Part shown: one piece after another, positions 24,765 through 34,916 of the stretch
Position numbering within the stretch: the stretch's first letter is position 1
How the letters are laid out: each line of letters opens with the position of its first letter
From: Macrostomum hystrix
Taxonomy: Eukaryota; Animalia; Platyhelminthes
Direction: 5' to 3'
DNA: 64,000 bases
NCBI GenBank assembly: GCA_950097015.1
Contig: CATNEN010000038.1
Span: forward strand, 19,778,001-19,842,000
Notes under the pieces: model-generated
Seen by the model: only the letters and a program-made list of their open reading frames with translations
Database searches by the model: none
What the model was told of the DNA's origin: nothing
Translations under genes and position numbers: made by a program

Positions 24765-27700
24765 CAAGGACTTCTATATAATAGCATCTGGACTGGAAAC
24801 GAGAAATAAATTTCACAATTATTTTACCACATGAGGCCAATGTTTAGCCGAGCACAGCGGCTCTCCAGAGAAACATATCTACTTAAGCCGTCACACATCT
24901 CAAGGCGCCTACATTCCAGGCATGCACATTGAATTTGGTGGAAATCCTATGTTGGGGAGAGAAATGGAGTCTACTTTTTTCGGAGAAGCATTTCCAATTG
25001 ATTTCAATGGCGTTTCAAATTGGCATTCCATCGGTCCCCAGCTGTTCACCATAGACACTTGTTCCAGAACTGCCACGACTTATGGCCACGTAGTGGCACT
25101 AATTTGAATTGGATCAGATTTCCTATTTGTTTCATTTCATACTCAACGCAGTTTCCTCAGTTTTCTTTGCCAAGGATTTCTGCGCCATGAAAGCATACCC
25201 TTCACTGTGGTGAACAAGTGTTCCGCATTCGGTTGCAAGAGCGGCTTCGCTAATAGTTCAACGCCAGGTACTGTGACATTTCATTGCTATCCACTCAACA
25301 ACCCGAGTCTATTGAAAAAATGGAATAAAGCAAATCCGAGGAAGGCGTTTCAGCCCACGAAGTATTCTCGTATCTGCTCGCTTCATTTCACCACTGAGGA
25401 CTTCGTCGAAACAACTCGAGATAGCAATATCACTCGCAGAGAGAAGAAAGGCCAGCTGACCAATCGTTATCTGAGGCAAGATGCAGTGCCAACTATCTTT
25501 CTTAATGCACCTGCATACCTTTCTTCTGTCCGGCAAGCAGCTCGGAGCACATGCTCTGCGACATCATCTGCGCGTCTGGAGGCTGAAAACATGCGTCTCA
25601 ATGATCAAATCGCCGACTTCTTTGCCAAAGATTCAATTCTCAGTTGCTCGCCACGAGAAATTCAAGAATTGCTCGAATCAGAGGAAACGAGACCAGATGG
25701 CTTTCAAACTGCAATTTGCAACGAGTTCCTATGCATCTTCATGCTGGAGGTAAAGCATGTCTGCCAGGTTGCGTGCTCCATCTGCATTGGACCGAATCAC
25801 AAAGTCTCCGTTGGTCTGAATGGCACAGCACTGTTACAAGACCAGGTGGTAAAATTGGTTGGCACGGATGGAAAAGTTTCTTCCATCAGTGAAGTTGTGA
25901 ATTTGATGGCTCGAGTCAAGAACTTGAAAGAAGGTCTTGAACGCGCTGAGCAGCAGATGTTGCCTGATGCTGTTGTTAAGAAGCATTTCGATCACTTCAT
26001 AGACATGGCCCACAACAATCTGACAAGTGCTCTAGAGCAAAAGGAAGACAGGTCGGTGACTTTTATTCGAGAGCAGCTGCAGTTGAGCTGTGAGCCAAAG
26101 ACATCGAGGAGATACTCTCAACAGCTGATGGTCTTGTGCTACATGATTTATTCAGTAAGTGCTGCAGCTTACGGGCTTCTACGTGAGCAAGAGATTCTCT
26201 GCCTGCCATCAGAGCGAACTCTGCGATCAGTCACTAGGAGAATTGGAAAGGATGGATTGGATTCTCAGAGTTACCTTCGGCTGCGAGCGTCCAAGCTGAC
26301 ACAGATGGAGCGAGTTGTGGTGCTGATCATTGATGAGATCTATGCGGCCAATCGAATTGAGTACTGTGGAGGCCATGTGAGTGGATTGGACAATGATGGA
26401 GTGGTTGCTTCAACCTACTGTTGCTTCTTGATAAAGTCAATTGCAGGCAAGTACAAGGACATTGTGTCCATGTTTCCTGTGGCAAAGCTGACAGCACAGA
26501 AGCTCAGTCACTGGTTCCAGGATGTCATGGATTTGCTGCGTAGCCTGCAGTTCTCCGTCATTGCAATTTCCGTTGATAATGCACCAGTTAACAGAAAGTT
26601 CGTCGCCGATTTTTTGTGCGATGGAGACTTGAAGGAGTCAATTACTGACAAGGTCACAGGGCAGCCTATCTTCATTGTGATCGATCCCGTGCACAACCTC
26701 AAGAACATATACAACAACTTCCAGACACGGAAATCATTTCGCTGCCCAGCATTCCCACCAGTTTTGATAGAAGCCTGCGACGCTCACTTTTGTCACATCG
26801 GTGAGCTGTTCAATGCTGAAGCCAACAAGCCGGTGAGACTTGCTCACAAGCTCAGCCCTGCTGTGCTGAACCCTAAAAATATCGAGAAGTCGTCAGTGAA
26901 GCTGGCAGTGGCAGTATTCTGTGATTCAACTCGAGATGCACTCAAATACTACACTGCACATGAGAATAAGAACTGGAGTGGCACCGCAAGATTTTTCAGT
27001 TTGATTCTGAAGCTCTGGAAAGTTCTCAACGTCAAGACACCATCAAAGGGACTTCGAAAGCGTGACATTGCGCAGGATCCAGTGCGCTCGTCGCTTGACT
27101 GGAAGCTGGGATTTCTTGATGAGTTCAGTTGTTTTCTAAAGGTAAGTCTTAAATTAACTATTATCTTTAATTATTGTTACCAGTGGCATGGATAAGTTAA
27201 ATTATTCATGCACAAACAATTTGCAGTTGTGGCAGTCCTCTGGAGACTATGGCTTGTCAAAAGAGACCTTTTTGGCATGCCGGATTACCTGCCGATCCAT
27301 CGCTGCCTGTGCGAGACATCTGCTGGATCACGAAGGATTCTCCTATGTACTTCTTGGCTCACTCCAGTCCGACAGCATTGAACGCCGATTCGGCTGGCTC
27401 CGTCAGATGTCCGGAGCCAACTACTTCATTTCTGCAAGGCAGCTAACTGAAAACAGTCGCAAAATTGCTGCGATCAGTCTGCTGAAGTTTTCTCAGCTGT
27501 CACTGGCCGATATTGACAATGCCATTGAGTCAATCTGCGCCAAGGATCAGTGCGTGAAGGAACTGGCGCGAGAGTTTGCAAGCAAGATGGAGATGAATAT
27601 CCAGCCATTGAGCTCTGACTGTACCATCATCTACTTATATATAGGTGGAGCAGTCGCTAAGAAATTCGTGCAAAGGAAGCGCGGGTGCGCATCTTGCCGC

Positions 27701-28479
27701 GAACTTCTGCTTGGCTCTGACGATCTGCCGCCTCTTGAGACTGATGGCGGGATTCAGGCCACGGCCATCGTCTTCTTGGAGGAGATCAACCGGGGTGGCC
27801 TGTCCAAGCCGTCTGATATCGCTTTTGGGCTGGCCAGACACTGCTGGCAGGTGTTCGATGAGATCCGGCAGAGCAATGAACTGCGCAGACGGCTGCATGC
27901 ATGCAGCTGTTCTGTCACATTGTCGATGAGATAGATGATGGATGACAGCAACTATCTGGAACATTTCATGGGTCAGACGATGTGCACGGATGGCCATGAT
28001 GTGAAAGAAGGAATCGTCTGTGCATTTTTCAACTGCATGATGAAAAATCTAGTCAAGGACGTTTCGGTTAGTGGAGCTGGGGCTCGAAGTAAGCGAAAGT
28101 CGGCCAAACTTTCCAGTGCCAGAACAGACAAGTAACTTTTATTTGATGCCAATACGAATCTGTGAACACTCTTCTTCAAGTTCTACGTTACCATTGCCTA
28201 CGTGTTTTGTTTGTTACCGATTGTTTGAAGCACACCTGCATATGCGTTAATCCATTTGAATTTGCGTTGCTGCTTCAAGGTACTCGTAAACATAAATTAA
28301 TAATCTGAAGAAAGGAACTAGCCAGTTAACATTACATCTCTGGATTTCCGACATTTGAATTTCCGATCTTGCATTTCCCAATTTGACAGATTCCATAGAA
28401 AGCAGGGGAAAAACTGGCCTCATGAGGTAATGGGTATTTCTTCGCTTCCAGTCCAGATGCTATTAAATAGAAGTCCTTG
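24765..28479 (+). mobile_element. P-superfamily (THAP9/Galileo-like) DNA transposon, 3715 bp, with TIRs and 7-bp TSD GCCTAGG
   Basis: Left TIR CAAGGACTTCTATATAATAGCATCTGGACTGGAA matches the reverse complement of the right end with 1 mismatch in 34 bp. GCCTAGG flanks both ends, and the empty site is visible in the neighbouring repeat units. Confidence 0.93.
25207..28135 (+). pseudogene. THAP-domain P-type transposase; exons 25207-27141 and 27227-28135; GTG at the expected start and an in-frame TAG at 27932-27934
   Basis: THAP C2CH (CSAFGC...P...W...ICSLHF...AVPTIF); RNase-H motifs LIIDEIY, ISVDNAP, DPVHNLKNIYN and QSDSIERRFGWLRQ; intron AAG|GTAAGT...TTGCAG|TTG (phase 0). Confidence 0.88.
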
Positions 28480-28599
28480 GCCTAGGCGTGTTGAAACGAG
28501 GTTGAAACTAACGGCAGCCCGCCCGCTGCTGTTGTCTATGGTCGAATTCCACCGATATGCACCGCCCGCTGTGCATAGATCGAATTCGACCATAGACAA

Positions 28600-28870
28600 G
28601 TATATGCCCAAAAATCCTTTATGAAAACTGAATTTGCCCGAACTGCAAAGTCGGGGTCGAAAATGAAGTATATTTTTCCGGTGTAACTGGGATCCTTATA
28701 AGACGGTCAGGGAAAGTTTCGTTAGAGACATTTTATACATAGTAAAGAACTTTCGTAGTCTCACAGCAGAAGACAAAAGCCGTTTTTCAATGGAGCAAGA
28801 AAATACATGGAAACAGGAAAGCTGGCAAAGTACAGAGAAAACTTAACAGAGATTGCGAGACTGCAGCTGC
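28600..28870 (+). mobile_element. Degenerate LINE ORF2 3'-end fragment
   Basis: Encodes ...CPNCKVGVENEVYF..., similar to CPKCRVEVENETHILF at 29.6 kb. Confidence 0.55.
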
Positions 28871-29392
28871 CCTAGAAATAGTAAATAAACGTGTTTTTAA
28901 TATGCTTAATATGTTTTTAATAGACATAAGGTTTGAAACCCAAACCCAAATAGTTTTTTCGCAAATAATTTATAGAGTTTAAACTCAAAGATGTTAAGTG
29001 TTTCAGTGTACAGACTGAAAAAAACTGAACTGAACTAAGCAGCATTCTTTTGCATCGTATATGGGCTAAACTAGTTATTTTATTTCAACGAGAAATGCTA
29101 GAAAAAAAATAATATTATTATTATTATTATTATTGAGGTGCGCACGCCGATTGGGTGCTGATTTTTTTGTTTATTTTATGTTTGAGGTTAAACAAATCGA
29201 TTTTTTAAAGAGAAGGCGATAGGAAAACAGTAGCATGCGTAATTTTAGGTTATTAAAATATTTGAAAAAAAACAAATTTTTGAAATAAACAAAGGCATTA
29301 AAACAAGAAAATTAATATTGAAATTTAAAGGGAAAATTAAAACTGACCGAAAGGAGTATAGCTATTGTGTTTTCGCATTCTAACTATGGGCC

Positions 29393-30050
29393 TCAGGGCA
29401 GTGGCTTTTTATCTAGCTTTATAATTATGCTTTCTATGAAGTCCACAAAACTTTCTGTTAATTCTTTGCTTTCCTGTGTCATTAAATACACAATTTTGTC
29501 ATCAGCTGTTAGGCTCTCGAAATTTCGAACTGTGCCTGCCACTTTCTCTATGAATTTATTTCTAATTGGAACATAAACGGACCAATCGCATCTAAAGAGA
29601 ATATGAGTTTCGTTCTCTACCTCGACTCTACATTTTGGGCATGTTCTGTTTTCATAGGCGATTTTCGGTCTTACAGTGCGCAATGTCTCACAGGCCAGTT
29701 TGTGGTTTTCTAGACGAAATCGGGACATTGTGCGCCTTTGTTCTGGGTTAGAGATTATTGTTAGGTACTTTTCTCGGGAGAAATCTTTCTTAAACGTGTA
29801 ATAGAAGTGGCTGAGCTTGGCTGATTTTCCCATCCTCTGAGTCCAGTGCCTTCGAAACTCTGACTCAAAGTTCTCTCTGTGCGTTTTTATGGGCTTTGTT
29901 TTTCTAGTCTGTTGACAATTCCGCATTACTTCACTATTCATTTTTCCCCAATGCCAACATCGCTGTATTCTGTATCTGCCACCAATTTCGCGATGATGGA
30001 GTCTGGTCGGCTCCGAACTGAGGACCAGTATTGAAGGCTTCTTTTTTGAA
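29393..30050 (-). mobile_element. Non-LTR retrotransposon (CR1/L2-group-like) ORF2 C-terminal fragment
   Basis: EKYL...RRTMSRFRLENHKL.CET and the CCHC knuckle CPKC..EVENETHILFRC are typical of the post-RT region. Confidence 0.8.
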
Positions 30051-30341
30051 TAAATCCATAATTATAATTACCACTATTTCTTGCCTCCGACATTAACTCT
30101 TCTCCTTAACATATTCTGGTCATCCAATGGACTTCTCCAAAGTCAGAGTTTTCAGCTCAGGTAAAATTTAGGGAATACCGGACTAAGACCGGGTGATTTG
30201 CTCGGGTCATAAATGTTTGCTAATTGGGCTCACGCGTGTTCGTACATTTGGGTTTCTGGGTTCATTTCAGGAGGTTTCAATGGATCCTGTTTTCGAGTAT
30301 TACCATTTTTAGGTTTTAAACAAATTCAGCGGTTGAGATAC

Positions 30342-30457
30342 CGTATGAAATAACGTATGAGATAACGTATGAGATAACGTATGAGATAACGTATGAGATA
30401 ACGTATGAGATAACGTATGAGATAACGTATGAGATAACGTATGAGAAAACGTATGAG
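30342..30457. repeat. 12-bp minisatellite (CGTATGAGATAA)
   Basis: Read directly. Confidence 0.95.
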
Positions 30458-30462
30458 GATAG

Positions 30463-30640
30463 CGCACCAAGGTCCCTGCGATCGATTCCGCGGCGAGGCC
30501 ACATTCATTTGGGGCGCAGCCACGGATAGATTGCTTGGTGGCTTGTCTTGTAATTTATCCCCTTGAGGGCCAACCTGCAAGGCACAGTGAGAGTGTACAC
30601 TGCCTGACAATGAGTGATTCAGGACAGATTTACACGCCAT
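30463..30640 (+). mobile_element. SINE family A, truncated copy
   Basis: CGCACCAAGGTCCCTGCGATCGATTCCGCGGCGAGGCCACATTCATTTGGGGCGCAGCC... Confidence 0.75.
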
Positions 30641-31252
30641 TCTGCATTTAGCTTCTCTTATGGTATTACTGAAAGTAGTGTGATGGACTGGAGCTGTTTC
30701 TGAAGACAGGCAGAAAACAAATTTTAGATTTTAGAAAGCAAATAAATTAATTTTAGACAAAATAAGTAGTAAAAAGATGGATTTGATCAGAAATCGCTAC
30801 AGAAAAGCAGTGGCTTACACAGCGTGTACACATAATAAAATTTGCAATAAATTCGAAAGAATGAAAACTGTAGTGCAGTGAAAACTGATTACTCTTATGC
30901 GAGTTTAAGTGGTCCTGTAGTTGTTTCTCGTAGTCGAGAAAGCATTAATTACACAATTGCCAAATGTAGTTATTAATAAATAAAAAAACAAACATGTGAA
31001 AGGTTGGTATAGTTTAAAACTGTCCAACAGTAAATTCAATTATATAAGAAAAAGGCAGCTGAAAGCAGGACAGATATAGTCAGAAAGTAGAGCGGAAATA
31101 AGTATTGAAAGTAAAACACGCAGAATAAAATAAAATATGACATAGATACGTCTTCCCTTTGATCATTTCTGGCCATAAAGCTGATGTAGGTATAGAAAAT
31201 AAGCAGAAAAATTGAGTCCGATAAAAAGTGAAGAAATTTTAACGTCATTAGT

Positions 31253-32931
31253 TTAAACAGCTGCAGCTGGCAGAGCACTTGCCACTCCGAAGCTACAGAT
31301 TCCTGTTCTGTTTCCGAAATCATGGCCGCTTGCTTGTAGCCTGCAGTTAAAACAAATGACAGATTATCGTAATATTGTATACACGTAATCGGTGCACAGC
31401 TTAATGCGCAAAAACTTGATTACGAAGCCCACTTACTCAGGTGAATTAAGCTCAGAAGCAGGATCAAAAGGGCGATCAGCGTAATCACACTAAGTCCTTG
31501 ACGCCTGTCAAGTCGGATGTCGGATGTCGGATGTAACTTAGGTAAAATTAAGGTTATACAAAGGTTATACCTTTGTATATTTATATTATTAATTTTTATT
31601 AATAAAACGCGCACGAAATCTATGTGTGCTGATTTTTTTCTTTTATATATTTTCAGACAATAGAATTTACTCGACAAAAAAAAACAAAAAAGCGAAGTTT
31701 TGTAAGAATCAACTATTGAGCTGTGAAGGGAAAAGCAACGGTGTTAAAAATAAGAGCAACAAAAACACAATTGGGACACCAGGAATAAAAAAATAAATGT
31801 TAATGTTAATAGCTTTAGGGCAGCAGTTCCCTTATTTGCCCTTATTTTACTCTAAAATAATGTATGATGTAATGCATGATGTACTTTGCTAAAGCTTCAG
31901 TGGTTTCCCTAATCGTTTTGTGCCAAATTATCTAGTTAGATTTCTCTTCTGTTGTTAAGGATGCGAAATTGGGAGTTTTCCCAGAAATGTTATTTTCAAA
32001 ATTCGAACTGCGGCGCTATACATATTCCAACTTCACTTAAAAAGGAAGTGGACCTCGTTTTCAACTTCTGTTTTGCACTTACTATATAATCTATTCTCAT
32101 GCGGAATTTTCGGTCTCGCAGTTCGCAATGTTTCGCAAACTAGCTTGTGGTTTCCTAGTCTAAACGAGGATATGGTACGTCTCAACTCCGGGTTGTATAT
32201 TTGTTGTAAATATTTTTCGGCTGAATAATATTGCATAAAAGGAGTAATAGAAGTGACTTAGCTTGCTTGAGTTCTGTGTCCTTTGTCTCCAATGGGTATC
32301 GAACTGAGATACGAATTTTTTCCTGTGGTTTCTAGTTGCTTTTGCAGGACTAATGCCTCTGCAGTTCAGCATAACCTCATCTTTGCTTTGATTCCAACAT
32401 CACTGTATATTAGGTCCGCTAATAACTTGAAAATTATGGAGTCCGGGCGGCTTGTTATGGAGGCCCAGTATGAAATATACTAGTAATATAAATTCTACTC
32501 GTATAGAAGCTTCTGCTTTAAATTACCATAATAAACTAGTTCTCACCTCGTCAGGACATTGCGAAGCTGATCATCTTTGAGCTGCTTGATAGCAACAGCG
32601 TGGCAACGTGTGAGCTCTTGCAACTCTTCTTGGTGCTTGTCTCTGTAGCCGAAGGGTAGCTATTGGTCGTCATTCTAAAAGTTCGTCTGTTGTTTACTAG
32701 AATGAGCAGATAACAAACTCAAACTGACCTCAAAACTGTCGCCGCGTCTCGAAGTGTTTCTAGCCTTCCGCTCAGCTCATAGAGTTGGTGTGTCAACTGT
32801 TTCACGCGGTCGGTTGCCGCGGCAGCTTGCTCCGTCAGATCAACCCAAGAGTTGCCTTGGTCGTTAGATTTTTTAACAATTTCGAAGCTTTTTAAATCTA
32901 ACGACGACATTCTGCTGTCGCCCTCTGCCAT
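31253..32931 (-). CDS. Short coiled-coil protein, probable distant paralog of the 19376-23788 gene; exons 32931-32729, 32642-32547, 31340-31253
   Basis: Phase-2 GT-AG introns with a continuous frame; SGRLETLRDAA / HQEELQELTRCHAVA resemble RTKLEALRDVI / HRNELRELQQRHQVA. Confidence 0.6.
31880..32470 (-). mobile_element. Second, frameshifted copy of the LINE ORF2 3' fragment (intronic)
   Basis: EKYLQQIYNPELRRTISSFRLGNHKLVCETLRTARPKIPHENR...EVENEVHFLFK is homologous to 29393-29941. Confidence 0.8.
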
Positions 32932-34129
32932 GGCGCCTGTAGGCAGAATTATAGACAACTTCTGCTGGCGTGGAAATTGCCCCAAAAAAACACTAAAAAA
33001 AAAGCTGTCAGTATCGTGTGCGCTACATTTAAGCGTACGATGCGTAGCTTTCCTACATTTAAAGCTACCCTGTTGTTGCTAGCTACAAAAACTGTGTACA
33101 TTTGTAAGAGAGAAAATGCGAGGATTGCTTGCATACGATCGTTTAGCATAATAACAACTTTAATACATAGCTCTCTAAGCAATTATACACGCCTTGCTTC
33201 CAGTCTGTCTGAAAACTTTGACAAAAGCAAGCGATGTTCGCACAGCTGTTCATTTATCTCTATCCTACAACAGTGCTTTACTAAAACTTAGAGCACAGTA
33301 CATCTCCATGCCAATGTACTTTTGTTTCATGAAAATTAGCCAAAGCACAGACTGCAACTGGGCCAGCGGCCACTTCAGCTTGTGGGCCACGTGCTGCGGG
33401 CAGAAGGCGACTACCCCGAGACTCTTGAAGATTTCTTGCTGCTCCCATTGCAGGGCCAAGCCCGGACTCGGGGGAATGTGTTTTTCTTTGAAACGCCAGA
33501 GCGCCCGACACCGTCGATTTGATTCAAAGCCTTTTAAATTTAATGACGACATTCTGCAGTCGCCCTCTGCCATGGCAGCCTGCAGGAACAATTGCAGGAA
33601 ATTGCATCGATTAAAAGGCCTTCAAGAAGTTTTTGCCAGCGTTCATGTGAACCTGCATGAAGCATAGATTTTTCTCTCGTTGCTTGCTGCCATACAATGC
33701 ACTGCAAAAGTAATTCGAAAACTTTTATTTCCTTGATCGATTCACAACAGTTGGGCCGAAGAACAGAGAAATACAGCAAGCTGAGTCACTTCAACAATTC
33801 GCTTAAACTAGGAGTATTTTAATCAGAGAAAAAGATGGGACGTACTCTATGAACATGTAGAAATTCAGGGATATTTATGAACGATTCGAAGATTGTTGTT
33901 AAACAACAATTATATAGGTCTACTATGATTGTGAGAGATTACAGAAGAAAATATTTATTATAGTAAGTATATGCAAGCTTTTAAAGATTTATTTTACCTG
34001 ACATTGAATAGTAGTTATTTATTTCGTCAACCACGTGTTTCACTAAGCTCGTACATATTGAATGTGAATTTAATATAGTTCGTGAAACAGGCTTCCTTCA
34101 TGAATAACAGTTCTCTTGTAACATCTCTT

Positions 34130-34755
34130 GCGACAGGGGAGAGATGAGACTGTGGAGAGATAAGACAGAGGAGAGAAGAGACAGGTGAGATGAGACATGG
34201 GAGAGACGCGACAGGGGAGAGATGAGACAGAGGAGAGAAGAGACAGGTGAGATGAGACAGAGGAGAGATGAGACACGGGAGAGATGAGACACGGGAGAGA
34301 TGAGACAGAGGAGAGATGTGACAGTGGAGAGATGTGACAGTGGAGAGATGAGACAGGAGAGATGAGACAGGAGAGATGAGACAGAGGAGAGATGAGACAG
34401 AGGAGGAATGAGGCAGAGGAGAGATGAGACAGGGGAGAGATGAGACAGGGGAGAGATGAGACAGGGGAGAGATGAGACACGGGAGAGATGAGACAGAGGA
34501 GAGATGTGACAGTGGAGAGATGTGACAGTGGAGAGATGAGACAGGAGAGATGAGACAGTGGAGAGATGAGACAGAGGAGAGATGAGACAGTGGAGAGATG
34601 AGACAGAGGAGAGATGAGACAGAGGAGAGATGAGACAGGAGGAATGAGGCAGAGGAGAGATGAGACAGGGGAGAGATGAGACAGGGGAGAGATGAGACAG
34701 GGGAGAGATGAGACACGGGAGAGATGAGACACGGAAAATTAAGACAGGGGAGAAA
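34130..34755. repeat. About 18-bp GA-rich minisatellite (GGAGAGATGAGACAGAG/GG)
   Basis: Read directly. Confidence 0.93.
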
Positions 34756-34916
34756 TGCGATGTTGGAATAATAGGTTTCGGAAGGAACCAGGGGAATACG
34801 GGAGCTTCGTGGGCCAGATCTAGCCCGCCGGTCGGAAGTTGCAGGGATAGAGATATATTAAAGTAGTTGATATTTTACGAAATCAATTATAAGCAAGGTG
34901 TGAACATTTCGGACTC

